NCBI GenBank assembly: GCA_018302135.1 | Contig: JAGWAE010000006.1 | Location: forward strand, 1 to 44,743 | Source of the DNA: Candidatus Woesearchaeota archaeon | GTDB lineage: Archaea; Nanobdellota; Nanobdellia; SCGC-AAA011-G17; PNOQ01 | DNA length: 44,743 bases | Direction: 5' to 3' | Shown here: piece after piece, positions 1 through 9,427 of the stretch | Layout: every line of letters begins with the position of its first letter | Numbering within the stretch: position 1 is the first letter of the stretch | Translations under genes and position numbers: made by a program | The notes under the pieces: generated by a model | Databases searched by the model: none | What the model saw: the letters and a program-made list of their open reading frames with translations, nothing else | Told to the model about the DNA's origin: nothing

Positions 1-24
1 TTTTTTTAAATTTCAAATAAAATT

Positions 25-39
25 GTTTCTAATGGAAAT
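25..39. promoter_or_regulatory. Candidate mini-ORB-like origin recognition element upstream of orc1/cdc6
   Basis: GTTTCTAATGGAAAT resembles the archaeal mini-ORB core (TCCAGTGGAAA), matching about 9 of 11 positions. It lies about 70 nt upstream of the orc1/cdc6 start in very AT-rich DNA. Only one copy is visible because the window begins here. Confidence 0.2.
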
Positions 40-75
40 ATAGGTCTTGGTCTGTATCTTTTAGAATAATAATAC

Positions 76-83
76 TTATATAA
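76..83 (+). promoter_or_regulatory. TATA box for orc1/cdc6 (leaderless-type spacing)
   Basis: TTATATAA ends 22 nt before the ATG at 106, the same 21-24 nt spacing seen at many first genes in this window. Confidence 0.45.
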
Positions 84-105
84 CAAGTTTGGATTTAAGA
101 TTAAA

Positions 106-1320
106 ATGGTAAAAATAGATATTAATTCTTTTTTTCAAGGTTATATGGATAAGGAGTCTATATTTGAAAATAAAAAAGTTTTACAGTCAGGATACACACC
201 AGATAATATACCCCATAGAGATGATCAAATAAAAGAGGTTGCAGGAATGTTAGCGCCTGTTCTTAAAGGGGAAAAACCTTCGAATATATTCATTTATGGT
301 AAAACTGGAACAGGAAAAACGCTGTCCGTATTACATGTTGTTAATAACTTAACTAAAATTGCAGCATCAAAAAATCTACCCATTAAGATATCCTATATAA
401 ATTGTAAATTAAAAAAAGTGGCAGATACGGAATATAGGTTAATTGCTACATTGGCTAGAGAATTCGGAAAAGAAGAAATACCTATAACTGGATTGCCTAC
501 AGATGAAATATATAGAATTTTTATAAAACATATAGATAAAGATTCTAATTCTATAATATTAATATTAGATGAAATTGATCAATTAGTTAAAAAAGCAGGA
601 GATGAAATATTATATAACCTAACTAGAATAAATACAGAATTAAAGAATACTCAAATAACTTTTATAGGTATATCTAATGATTTAAAGTTTGCAAATGATC
701 TAGATCCTAGAGTAAGATCTTCTTTGGCAGAAGAAAATATGAGTTTTCCGTCTTATAACGCACTACAATTACAAGACATATTAAACGAAAGAGCAAAAGA
801 GGCATTTAAAAAAGATATAGTAACTGAGGGAGTTATAGAAAAATGTGCTGCACTTGCAGCCAGAGAGCACGGGGATGCAAGAAGAGCATTAGATTTGTTA
901 AGAGTTGCAGGAGAATTAGCCGAAAGAAAAGGACATAATAAATTAGTTATAAGTCATCTTGATGAAGCGGAATCAAAAATAGAAAATGATATGGTTCTTG
1001 AGACGATAAGTACATTACCAAAACAATCTCAAATTACTTTGTTGTCTATTTTTAGTTTATATGAAAAAAAAGGAAAAGAAAAATTTTTTACTGGAGACGT
1101 ATATGAAATTTATTTAGGACTTTGTGATAAAGTCGGATTAAAACCTTTAACACAGAGAAGACTTTCTGATTTAATCGCTGAATTAGACATGTTAGGAATT
1201 ATAAATGCTAAAGTTATTAGTATGGGAAGATATGGTAGAACTAAGGAGATTGGTTTAGCTATGCCTCAATCAAGTATACCTAACTTAATTTCTCAATTAA
1301 AGGGTTGGCTAAACGTTTAG
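106..1320 (+). CDS. cdc6: Orc1/Cdc6 replication initiator (AAA+ ATPase with C-terminal winged helix)
   Basis: Walker A GKTGTGKT, Walker B LILDEID and sensor region GDARRALDLLR. The 404 aa length is typical, and the gene sits directly upstream of the PolD genes. Confidence 0.95.
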   Translation: MVKIDINSFFQGYMDKESIFENKKVLQSGYTPDNIPHRDDQIKEVAGMLAPVLKGEKPSNIFIYGKTGTGKTLSVLHVVNNLTKIAASKNLPIKISYINCKLKKVADTEYRLIATLAREFGKEEIPITGLPTDEIYRIFIKHIDKDSNSIILILDEIDQLVKKAGDEILYNLTRINTELKNTQITFIGISNDLKFANDLDPRVRSSLAEENMSFPSYNALQLQDILNERAKEAFKKDIVTEGVIEKCAALAAREHGDARRALDLLRVAGELAERKGHNKLVISHLDEAESKIENDMVLETISTLPKQSQITLLSIFSLYEKKGKEKFFTGDVYEIYLGLCDKVGLKPLTQRRLSDLIAELDMLGIINAKVISMGRYGRTKEIGLAMPQSSIPNLISQLKGWLNV

Positions 1321-1324
1321 TATT

Positions 1325-2797
1325 ATGAAAGAAAAAATAAAATCTCTTATGGAAAAGGGATTTTTATTGGATCCAGAAGTGGCAGAAACTCTGGATGAGA
1401 ATACATATAATCTTATAGATAGACATCTCAACAGTGATGAAAATGTTGTTCTTACTAAATCTGTAATTGAAGAATTAAAACAAAAATATTCTAGTTTACA
1501 AGAATTAAATATAACATTAGTTGAAGAAAATTTTGGAGACGTAAAAATAATAAAAAATTATGAAGACATTCCAAAAAAAGTAGAAGTGTTGGACTTTGTG
1601 GAACATTATAAAATAAGATATAATGTTTTGAAAAAAATACTTCAAAATAGATCTGAACTTGCTGATGTTGTATCCATAAATAGATTATTTAATAAACCTG
1701 AAAGAGAAAGAGTTTCAGTGATTGGCCTAGTTTTGAGTAAGGAAATTACTAAAAATAATCACATAATTTTGGAATTAGAAGATGTAACTTCTTCTATAAA
1801 AGTTTTAATAAGTAATAATAATAAAAATGTCTATGATAAGGCTAAAGAGATTGTTTTGGATGAAGTTATTGGAATAACTGGTTCGGTAGGAAATAAAATT
1901 ATTTTTGCAAATGATGTATTTTTTCCAGATATTATTTTGAATGGAAATAATATTAAAAAGTCAGAATTTGAAGATTATGTGGTTTTTATTTCAGATATAC
2001 ATGTGGGATCTAAATTATTTTTGGAAGAAGAATTTTTAAAATTTATAAAATGGTTGAATGGTGAATTTGGGAATGCTGAACAAAAACAAGTTGCAAAGTC
2101 TGTGAAATATTTAATTATCGTAGGAGATATTGTTGATGGTGTAGGAGTATATCCTGGTCAGGACGAAGAATTGACTATAAAGGAGCTAAGTGAACAATAC
2201 GAAAAGTTATCTGAATATTTAAAAAAAATAAGGAATGATATTAAGATAGTTATGTGCCCTGGAAATCATGATGCTATAAGATTATCTGAACCTCAGCCGG
2301 TTTTTGATAAATGTTTGGCTAAGAGTATTTGGGAATTACCAAACGTAATATTGGTTACAAATCCTGCAGTAATTAATATTGGTTCGTATGAAAATTTTTC
2401 GGGTTTTAATATTTTACTATATCATGGGTATAGTTTTGATTATTATATAGACAAAATGGATAGCATAAGAAATAATGGAGGTTATGATAGGGCAGACTTA
2501 GTTATGAAGTTTTTATTACAAAAAAGACATTTGGCTCCATCTCATACTTCTTCTTTGTTTATAGTGGATCCTAATAGAGATCATTTGATTATAGATGAAA
2601 TACCTGACATATTTGCTTCTGGGCATTTACATAAGTCTAGTGTGAGTCAATATGGAAAGACAACTACAATATGTGGTAGTTGTTGGCAGGCTACTACAAA
2701 ATTTCAGGAAAAGGTTGGACACCATCCTGAACCTTGCAGAGTCCCATATTTAAATTTAAAAAATAGAGAGGTAAAGATTTTGAAGTTTATGGAATAA
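1325..2797 (+). CDS. dp1: DNA polymerase II (PolD) small subunit DP1, exonuclease/phosphoesterase
   Basis: Calcineurin-like phosphoesterase motifs (ISDIHVGS, GDIVDGVG, PGNHD, GHLH) with an OB-like N-terminal half. It is 490 aa and followed 1 nt later by DP2. Confidence 0.9.
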   Translation: MKEKIKSLMEKGFLLDPEVAETLDENTYNLIDRHLNSDENVVLTKSVIEELKQKYSSLQELNITLVEENFGDVKIIKNYEDIPKKVEVLDFVEHYKIRYNVLKKILQNRSELADVVSINRLFNKPERERVSVIGLVLSKEITKNNHIILELEDVTSSIKVLISNNNKNVYDKAKEIVLDEVIGITGSVGNKIIFANDVFFPDIILNGNNIKKSEFEDYVVFISDIHVGSKLFLEEEFLKFIKWLNGEFGNAEQKQVAKSVKYLIIVGDIVDGVGVYPGQDEELTIKELSEQYEKLSEYLKKIRNDIKIVMCPGNHDAIRLSEPQPVFDKCLAKSIWELPNVILVTNPAVINIGSYENFSGFNILLYHGYSFDYYIDKMDSIRNNGGYDRADLVMKFLLQKRHLAPSHTSSLFIVDPNRDHLIIDEIPDIFASGHLHKSSVSQYGKTTTICGSCWQATTKFQEKVGHHPEPCRVPYLNLKNREVKILKFME

Positions 2798-2798
2798 A

Positions 2799-5700
2799 AT
2801 GAAAACAGATAATATCAAAACATATTTTGAAAATTTGAATTTAGAAGTTGAAATGGCTTATGGTATTGCAAATATTGCTAGATCTAAATCATATGATCCT
2901 GAAAATAAAGTTGAGATTCCTTTAACAAAAAATATGGCAGAAAGAGTAGAAGGTCTAATAGGCGTTATAGCTCCACAAATTGTGGGTAAACATATTCCTG
3001 AAAGACTTCAAGAGTTAGAATTACAGTACGGTAAACTAGATTGGAGAGTTGCGTTAACTATCTCTTTGGAAGTTGCGCAGGAAAAGTTTTGTAAATTTGA
3101 TTCTAAAATTGATGCTATTAATACAGGTATAAGAGTTGGATTTGCATATGTTACTAATGGGGTTGTAGCTAGTCCTTTGGAAGGATTTACTGGTCTGAAA
3201 ATTAGAAAGAGATCGGATGGAAAAGAATATTTTGCTTTATGTTATTCTGGCCCGGTAAGAAGTGCAGGAGGGACTGGTGCATCTGTTTCAGTATTAATTG
3301 CAGATTATATACGTAAAACTTTTGGTTACGCTACTTATGATCCTACTGAAAAGGAAATTAAAAGGGCTTATACAGAACTTAGAGATTATCATGAAAGAAT
3401 AACCAATCTACAGTATTTTCCTTCAGAAGAAGAAACTGAATTTTTGGTTTCAAATCTTCCTGTTCAAATAGATGGTGATCCTTCTGAAGATTTAGAAGTT
3501 TCAAATTATAAGGATTTACCTAGAATAGAAACAAACAGAATAAGAAACGGTTTTTGTTTAGTTATGGGTGAATGTTTGGCACAGAAGGCAAAAAAAGTTT
3601 CAAAACAATTAAATAAATGGGGAAATGATTTTGGTTTTGATGACTGGAAGTTTATGGATAAATTTTTGAATATTCAATCTAAGTCTAAATCTAAAGGATC
3701 AAAAAAAGAAGGCGTATTAATATCTCCTGATTATACTTTTATTAAAGATCTTGTTGCAGGAAGACCTGTTTTGACTCATCCGATGAGACAAGGAGGATTT
3801 AGATTAAGATATGGTCGTGCTAGAAATACCGGATTAAGTTCTACCGCTATACATCCTGCAACTATGAAGGTGTTGGATCGTTATATTGCAATAGGAACAC
3901 AATTGAAAATGGAAAGGCCTGGCAAAGGTACTGCATTAAGCTCTTGTGAAAGTATAGAAGGCCCAATTGTGAAATTAAATAACGGAAATGTTTTATTTTT
4001 GGATGAAAATAATGTTGATGAAAATTTAGATAAAGTAAATTCTATTTTATTTTTAGGAGATATATTAATTCCTTATGGAGATTTTTTTAATCGTGCTCAT
4101 AAATTGGTCCCACCAGGATATTGTGAAGAGTGGTGGTTTAAAGAATTATTATCAAAACATAAAGACCCAGAAACTATAAGTAAATCCACTGGTGTCAGCT
4201 TACCAATAATTAAAGAATTGTTTAGTAATCTGTTAAAAACGCATATTTCTGCGTCTGATGCTTTTAATGTATCTAAAAAATATAATATACCTTTTCATCC
4301 TAGATATACATATCATTGGAAAGACATAGATGCAAAAGAATTGTTGATTTTAATAGAATGGTTATTGAGGGCAGTTATAGATAAGAAAGATGAAAAAATA
4401 ATTTTTCCCTATGACATTAATAAAGATGAGTATAAAAAAGAAGTACTTGAAAAATTAGGCATCCCTCACATAGTTTCTAATAAAGAATTTATTGTTTTAG
4501 AAAAAGACTGGGCTATCGCATTTATGGTAAGTTTGGGATTTTATGAAAATGAATTAAATATTAAAGGATTAGTTCAATATATAGATGAAAAAAAGGAAAT
4601 TTTAGATGTAATCAACAAATTTTCCGAAGTTAAAATAAAAGATAAGTCTGGATTATATATCGGTGCTAGAATGGGTAGACCTGAAAAGGGAAAAATGCGT
4701 AAATTAACTGGAAGTCCACATGTTTTATTTCCAGTGGGAGATGAAGGAGGTAGGCTGAGATGTTTTCAGGCCGCTATGACAAGTGGAAAAATAAACGGAG
4801 ATTTTCCACTTTTTAAATGTGAAATTTGTAATAAAAATACAATTTATTCTGTTTGTGAGTCTTGTAATAGTAAAACTATTAAGACTTATTATTGTGCTCA
4901 GTGTAAACAATATATGGATAATCCTGTTTGTGGGAAACATGGAGAGAATCATACTTATTCTAATCGAGAGATAGACATTAATTATTATTTTGACAGTGCA
5001 AAAACTAAAATAAAATTAGATACTCTGCCAGAATTAATTAAAGGAGTTAGAGGGACTTCCAATCAAGAGCATATACCTGAAAATATTATAAAAGGAATTT
5101 TGAGGGCGCTCCACAGTGTTTATGTCAATAAAGATGGAACAATAAGATATGATATGTCTGAAATGTCTCTAACCCACTTTAAACCTATCGAAATTGGGAC
5201 AAGTATGGATAAATTAAAAAAGTTAGGATACGACTTAGATATTTATGGAAAAGAATTAGTTGAGGATAGTCAAATTTTAGAATTAAAACCTCATGATGTT
5301 GTGTTGCCTGGATGTAATGAATCTGATGAAGAAGGTGCAGATATTGTTTTGTTTAGGATTGCAAATTTTATAGATGACTTGTTAAAAAGATTATACGATT
5401 TAAAACCTTTCTATAATTTGAAATCGAAAGAAGATTTGATAGGGCACTTAATAATTAGTTTGGCTCCCCATACTTCTGCAGGCATAATTGGTAGGATAAT
5501 TGGGTTTTCTCAAACTCAAGTTTGTTATGCTCATCCATTATGGCATTCTGCACAAAGAAGAGATTGTGATGGTGATGAAAATGGAATTATGTTAATGTTA
5601 GATGGATTTTTGAATTTTTCAAGAAAATTCTTGCCCGCTCATAGAGGTTCAACCCAGGATGCTTGCTTGGTTCTTTCTACTAATATGGTTCCGAGTGAAG

Positions 5701-6314
5701 TAGATGATATGGTATTCGATATGGATGTATGTTGGGAATATCCTTTAGAATTTTACGAAGCATGTGAGCAATACAAAGACCCTTATGAAATTAAAATTGA
5801 GCAGTTAAAACAGCATTTAGGAACTCCTCGGGAATTTGAAGGGTATGGATATACCCATGAAACTTCAAATATTAATAATGGTGTTTTGTATAGTGCGTAT
5901 AAATCTATTCCTACTATGGAAGAAAAAGTAAATGGCCAAATGATATTGGCTAATAAAATTAGGGCAGTAGATAAAGATGATGTTGCAAGATTAGTCATCG
6001 AAAGACATTTTATTAGAGATTTAAAAGGAAATTTAAGAAAATTTAGTATGCAACAATTTAGATGTGTAAAATGCAATGAAAAATTTAGAAGACCTCCTTT
6101 GAAGGGTAAATGTACTAAATGTGATGGAAAATTAATATTTACTATCTCTGAAGGATCTGTGATAAAATATTTATCTCATACTTTAATGTTAGTAGCTAAC
6201 TATAATATTCCTGATTATATTAAACAAACAATAGAATTGACTAGACAAAGAGTTGAAAGTGTATTTGGTAAAGATGTGGAGAAACAAGAGGGTTTGAAGA
6301 AATGGTTTGGTTAG
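2799..6314 (+). CDS. dp2: DNA polymerase II (PolD) large catalytic subunit DP2
   Basis: 1171 aa with several Cys4 zinc modules (CEICNKNTIYSVCESCN..YYCAQCK; CVKCNEKFRRPPLKGKCTKCDG) and conserved PolD segments (RPGKGTALS, GARMGRPEK, RDCDGDEN). No intein-sized insertion is present. Confidence 0.92.
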   Translation: MKTDNIKTYFENLNLEVEMAYGIANIARSKSYDPENKVEIPLTKNMAERVEGLIGVIAPQIVGKHIPERLQELELQYGKLDWRVALTISLEVAQEKFCKFDSKIDAINTGIRVGFAYVTNGVVASPLEGFTGLKIRKRSDGKEYFALCYSGPVRSAGGTGASVSVLIADYIRKTFGYATYDPTEKEIKRAYTELRDYHERITNLQYFPSEEETEFLVSNLPVQIDGDPSEDLEVSNYKDLPRIETNRIRNGFCLVMGECLAQKAKKVSKQLNKWGNDFGFDDWKFMDKFLNIQSKSKSKGSKKEGVLISPDYTFIKDLVAGRPVLTHPMRQGGFRLRYGRARNTGLSSTAIHPATMKVLDRYIAIGTQLKMERPGKGTALSSCESIEGPIVKLNNGNVLFLDENNVDENLDKVNSILFLGDILIPYGDFFNRAHKLVPPGYCEEWWFKELLSKHKDPETISKSTGVSLPIIKELFSNLLKTHISASDAFNVSKKYNIPFHPRYTYHWKDIDAKELLILIEWLLRAVIDKKDEKIIFPYDINKDEYKKEVLEKLGIPHIVSNKEFIVLEKDWAIAFMVSLGFYENELNIKGLVQYIDEKKEILDVINKFSEVKIKDKSGLYIGARMGRPEKGKMRKLTGSPHVLFPVGDEGGRLRCFQAAMTSGKINGDFPLFKCEICNKNTIYSVCESCNSKTIKTYYCAQCKQYMDNPVCGKHGENHTYSNREIDINYYFDSAKTKIKLDTLPELIKGVRGTSNQEHIPENIIKGILRALHSVYVNKDGTIRYDMSEMSLTHFKPIEIGTSMDKLKKLGYDLDIYGKELVEDSQILELKPHDVVLPGCNESDEEGADIVLFRIANFIDDLLKRLYDLKPFYNLKSKEDLIGHLIISLAPHTSAGIIGRIIGFSQTQVCYAHPLWHSAQRRDCDGDENGIMLMLDGFLNFSRKFLPAHRGSTQDACLVLSTNMVPSEVDDMVFDMDVCWEYPLEFYEACEQYKDPYEIKIEQLKQHLGTPREFEGYGYTHETSNINNGVLYSAYKSIPTMEEKVNGQMILANKIRAVDKDDVARLVIERHFIRDLKGNLRKFSMQQFRCVKCNEKFRRPPLKGKCTKCDGKLIFTISEGSVIKYLSHTLMLVANYNIPDYIKQTIELTRQRVESVFGKDVEKQEGLKKWFG

Positions 6315-6315
6315 T

Positions 6316-6323
6316 TTTATAAA
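6316..6323 (+). promoter_or_regulatory. TATA box for the 67-aa ORF
   Basis: TTTATAAA ends 21 nt before the ATG at 6345. Confidence 0.4.
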
Positions 6324-6344
6324 TTCTATTCAATTTTCTAATTA

Positions 6345-6548
6345 ATGGGTTTGTTAAATTTGCTTGGAATAGAAACTGAACAAGATAATTTACAATTCGC
6401 TTACATACCTAGAGATAATAGTATGGGCAAAGGAATTGTAGAAGTCCAAAAGTATAATAGTTTTACTGGAGAAATTTCTATTTTTTATGTTCGCACTATT
6501 TCTATAGGCCAATTAATGGAGATTCAGAGAGCTCAAGGTAATATATAA
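6345..6548 (+). CDS. Small hypothetical protein (67 aa)
   Basis: Stand-alone ORF in an intergenic gap with a canonically spaced TATA box. No recognisable motif. Confidence 0.4.
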   Translation: MGLLNLLGIETEQDNLQFAYIPRDNSMGKGIVEVQKYNSFTGEISIFYVRTISIGQLMEIQRAQGNI

Positions 6549-6560
6549 TTTTTATTCAAT

Positions 6561-7760
6561 TTAAATAAAGTATAATATAACTGGTAATAATAGACTACCC
6601 ATTAAATGATTTCTTCCAATTCCTACTAAAGGTGGAATAATTCCTAGTGCTGTCGAAACTATTAAAATTAATATTCCTAATAAGCCAGATAATACAGCAG
6701 TCAATATAATTATTAAGAATATTATAAATAAACAAACTTTTTGATAATTTATTTTTGACATTATTCTTGAAAATATTTTTGTTATTTTTATAGTTAGTAT
6801 TGTAGAAATTCCTGCAACGATTAACATTGCACCCAAACAAACAATTAAATCTGTTATTGTGAATTTTTCCATTAATTGTGAAACTGCGACTATAGCACCA
6901 TTTCTTGCTTTGTCAATAACGTATAAAGCTATTACACTTAATCCCATTGTGATTGTGTTTAGACCACCAACTAGGATTAAAAATCCATCGTCACCCAAAT
7001 CTTTGGATAACTGTGATCCTATTATTGCTGCTTGTGATGGACCTAATGCAGGTAAAAATGAACATAGGTTTCCAGCTACAAAACATGAACCCATCGCTTT
7101 TGATATCTTCTTTTTACTAATTTTTAATTCTGAAATTTCTTGTTTAGGTATTTTTACTTTTTCAGATAAACTGATTATTAATCCACTAATACCGAACATT
7201 CCAGAAAATAAAGGAAGTAATGGATTTTTTAGTTGAGACATGTTTAAAGTAGATATACCTAAAACTCCCGCTAAGGTAAATATAAAAAATGCCCAAAACC
7301 TTGATTTTTTCTCTCTAATAATTAAAAATAATGATGAGGTTATTAATATTATTCCTATAAACTTTGAGATAGTAGGATATGTTTTTTCGACTGCTAGTGC
7401 AACTGGCCAAGCAAATATCACTATTAAAATTATACTAAAAAGACTTCCAATTAGAGTTAATAAAACTGCATGATACCCTCTCCCTTCCAATAACATTCTG
7501 TGTCCAGGTAACACAGAAAGAACTGTATCTGCATCTGGAGCACCAAGAAATATAGAAGGAATTGCATCTAAGAATGTGTGGGTTATTGCTACAGAAATTA
7601 TAAATATCGCAATAACTAAAGGATTTGTAAATCTTAACAAATAAGCAGAGATACTAACTACTATCAAAGCTACTAAATTAATGTGTACTCCGGGAGTTAA
7701 ACCCGTTAATATCCCTATTATACATCCGAGTATTATTGCTATTAGTATTTCTAAAAACAT
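6561..7760 (-). CDS. TctA-family (DUF112) polytopic membrane transporter-like protein
   Basis: 399 aa with about 10 or more hydrophobic helices and G-x3-G-x2-PG signatures (GILTGLTPGVH, GAPDADT, LPALGPSQAAIIG) typical of tripartite tricarboxylate transporter TctA/DUF112 proteins. Confidence 0.65.
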   Translation of the reverse strand: MFLEILIAIILGCIIGILTGLTPGVHINLVALIVVSISAYLLRFTNPLVIAIFIISVAITHTFLDAIPSIFLGAPDADTVLSVLPGHRMLLEGRGYHAVLLTLIGSLFSIILIVIFAWPVALAVEKTYPTISKFIGIILITSSLFLIIREKKSRFWAFFIFTLAGVLGISTLNMSQLKNPLLPLFSGMFGISGLIISLSEKVKIPKQEISELKISKKKISKAMGSCFVAGNLCSFLPALGPSQAAIIGSQLSKDLGDDGFLILVGGLNTITMGLSVIALYVIDKARNGAIVAVSQLMEKFTITDLIVCLGAMLIVAGISTILTIKITKIFSRIMSKINYQKVCLFIIFLIIILTAVLSGLLGILILIVSTALGIIPPLVGIGRNHLMGSLLLPVILYFI

Positions 7761-8117
7761 TTAAGTCAACTTCTTTATTTTTATTAAATCTGCTTGAATT
7801 TCTAATTTATTTTGATATTCTACTAATTTACCTTCTACGTAGATGTTTTGATATTTTTCTATTGTTAAATTGTCTTCTTTGAAAATTATTACTGTAATAT
7901 TTCCTGTATTGTCTCCCACATTCAATATTATTAATCCGGGAGTTTCTGTTATGTAGTTGACTGATCCCGAAACTGAAACTTTTGTATCTATTTGATTTTT
8001 TGTTAAGTTTGCAATATTAGAATTTGGAAGATTTGTGTTTTCTGCTATAAATAAGATTATTAGAATTCCAAAAAGTGAACATATTAGAGATATTTTTAGT
8101 AAATTTTCTTCTTTCAT
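7761..8117 (-). CDS. Membrane-anchored OB-fold (tRNA_anti-like) protein
   Basis: N-terminal TM helix followed by an OB-like core (KVSVSGSVNYI..GNITVIIFKE..IYVEGKLVEYQNKLEI). Its stop directly abuts the downstream TctA-like gene. Confidence 0.55.
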   Translation of the reverse strand: MKEENLLKISLICSLFGILIILFIAENTNLPNSNIANLTKNQIDTKVSVSGSVNYITETPGLIILNVGDNTGNITVIIFKEDNLTIEKYQNIYVEGKLVEYQNKLEIQADLIKIKKLT

Positions 8118-8169
8118 TCATTTTTTGAGAATTTAGAAAAAGTTATAAATCTTTTTTAAAAGAGGAATT

Positions 8170-8177
8170 TTTATAAA
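8170..8177 (+). promoter_or_regulatory. TATA box for PAN
   Basis: TTTATAAA ends 22 nt before the ATG at 8200. Confidence 0.5.
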
Positions 8178-8199
8178 CTCACCCATATTTTTCTTTTTT

Positions 8200-9324
8200 A
8201 TGAGTTTTTTAGGGAAAAAAGTAGGTGATAATAATAATTATTCTATTATTGAAGAAAATAAGAAATTGAAAGAAACTTTATTTTCTTTAAAACAGGAATT
8301 AAATTCTTTGAAAGAACCTCCTTTAGTTGTTTGTGATGTTCTTTATGTGTTTGATAAAAAAGCTATAGTTAGATTGGCCAATGGTGGAAACTTCTTTGTT
8401 AATATATCTTCCAATTTCATAGATAAAATAAAAGTTGGAGATAGAGTTTTATCAGAACAAAAATCATTGACAATAATAGATAGGTTAGATAAATCAAAGA
8501 ATTTTGATGTAGAAAATTTTGTAATAATTGAAAAACCAAAAATTACTTGGGCAGAGATAGGTGGTTTAAAAAAACAAATAAGGGAAATTTATGAAGTTGT
8601 TGAATTGCCTTTGAAGAATCCTAAATTATTTGAAGAAGTTGGAATTGAACCTCCTAGAGGAATATTACTTCATGGTCCAAGTGGAACAGGTAAAACTATT
8701 CTTGCTAAAGCAGTTGCTTCTAGTACTAATTCTACTTTTATTCAAATAGTAGGTAGTGAGTTAGTACAAAAATTTATTGGGGAGGGTGCCAAGCTAGTCA
8801 AGGATATTTTTAAACTTGCTAGAGAAAAAGCCCCTAGTATAATCTTCATAGATGAAATAGATTCTATTGCTTCGGAGAGAATTGATATTGGTACTAGTGG
8901 AGAGCGAGAAGTACAGAGAACATTTATGCAATTGTTAAATGAAATTGATGGTTTTAAACCTTTAGATAATGTGAAAATAATAGGGGCAACTAATAGAATA
9001 GATATACTCGATAAAGCAATATTAAGACCAGGTAGATTAGATAGATTAATACACGTTCCTTTACCTAATGAAGAAGGAAGAAAGGAGATATTCAAATTGC
9101 ATACAAAGAATATGAAGTTAGAAAATGTAGACTTTAGGGAAGTAGTTGCGATTACTGATTCTTTTTCTGGAGCAGAAATAAAGTCTGTGTGTACTGAAGC
9201 AGGCTATTTTGCAATAAGGGATAAAAGAGTTAATGTTAGAAAAGAAGATTTTGTAACTGCTGTCAGTAAGGTAAAACAGGGAGACTTGGAAGAAGGAGAC
9301 GTTCCGGTTACAATGTTTGGTTAA
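8200..9324 (+). CDS. pan: Proteasome-activating nucleotidase (PAN, AAA+ Rpt-like ATPase)
   Basis: Short N-terminal coiled coil, an OB region, then an AAA+ module with Walker A GPSGTGKT, Walker B IIFIDEID, the second region of homology and GATNRIDILDKAILRPGRLDR. Confidence 0.9.
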   Translation: MSFLGKKVGDNNNYSIIEENKKLKETLFSLKQELNSLKEPPLVVCDVLYVFDKKAIVRLANGGNFFVNISSNFIDKIKVGDRVLSEQKSLTIIDRLDKSKNFDVENFVIIEKPKITWAEIGGLKKQIREIYEVVELPLKNPKLFEEVGIEPPRGILLHGPSGTGKTILAKAVASSTNSTFIQIVGSELVQKFIGEGAKLVKDIFKLAREKAPSIIFIDEIDSIASERIDIGTSGEREVQRTFMQLLNEIDGFKPLDNVKIIGATNRIDILDKAILRPGRLDRLIHVPLPNEEGRKEIFKLHTKNMKLENVDFREVVAITDSFSGAEIKSVCTEAGYFAIRDKRVNVRKEDFVTAVSKVKQGDLEEGDVPVTMFG

Positions 9325-9325
9325 A

Positions 9326-9427
9326 ATGAACGATCTTTTAATATTTATTTTGTCTTTGAGTAGTTTGGGTGTAATATATTGGGTTTTATTTGGTGAGAAG
9401 AAGTTTAGGGAAAAAATAAAAAAATGA
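9326..9427 (+). CDS. Possible 33-aa single-TM micropeptide
   Basis: Reads MNDLLIFILSLSSLGVIYWVLFGEKKFREKIKK. The ATG is 2 nt after the PAN stop and the TGA overlaps the ligT ATG (ATGA). Absent from the ORF track because it is under 60 aa. No homology is recognisable. Confidence 0.25.
   Translation: MNDLLIFILSLSSLGVIYWVLFGEKKFREKIKK

Noticed and set aside
1300-1313. Weak resemblance of AGGGTTGGCTAAAC to the repair-gene motif (reverse orientation)
   Set aside because: Only about 8 of 14 positions match. It lies inside the orc1/cdc6 coding sequence with no TATA box at the right distance.
4725-6076. Minus-strand ORFs 4725..4952 and 5783..6076
   Set aside because: They lie within and antisense to the PolD large-subunit gene, with no independent signals.
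2799-6314. Possible intein in the PolD large subunit
   Set aside because: The length (1171 aa) is ordinary for an intein-free DP2, and no intein block motifs or homing-endonuclease (LAGLIDADG) segments are visible.
6595-7473. Track ORFs 6595..6840 (-), 6859..7236 (+) and 7240..7473 (+) inside or opposite the TctA-like gene
   Set aside because: These are shadow frames of a long, hydrophobic, AT-rich gene. Their translations are low-complexity (N/I/K/F-rich) with no start context. The 399-aa minus-strand ORF explains the whole region.
8742-9095. 117-aa minus-strand ORF
   Set aside because: It is antisense to the AAA+ core of PAN, so it is a frame shadow.
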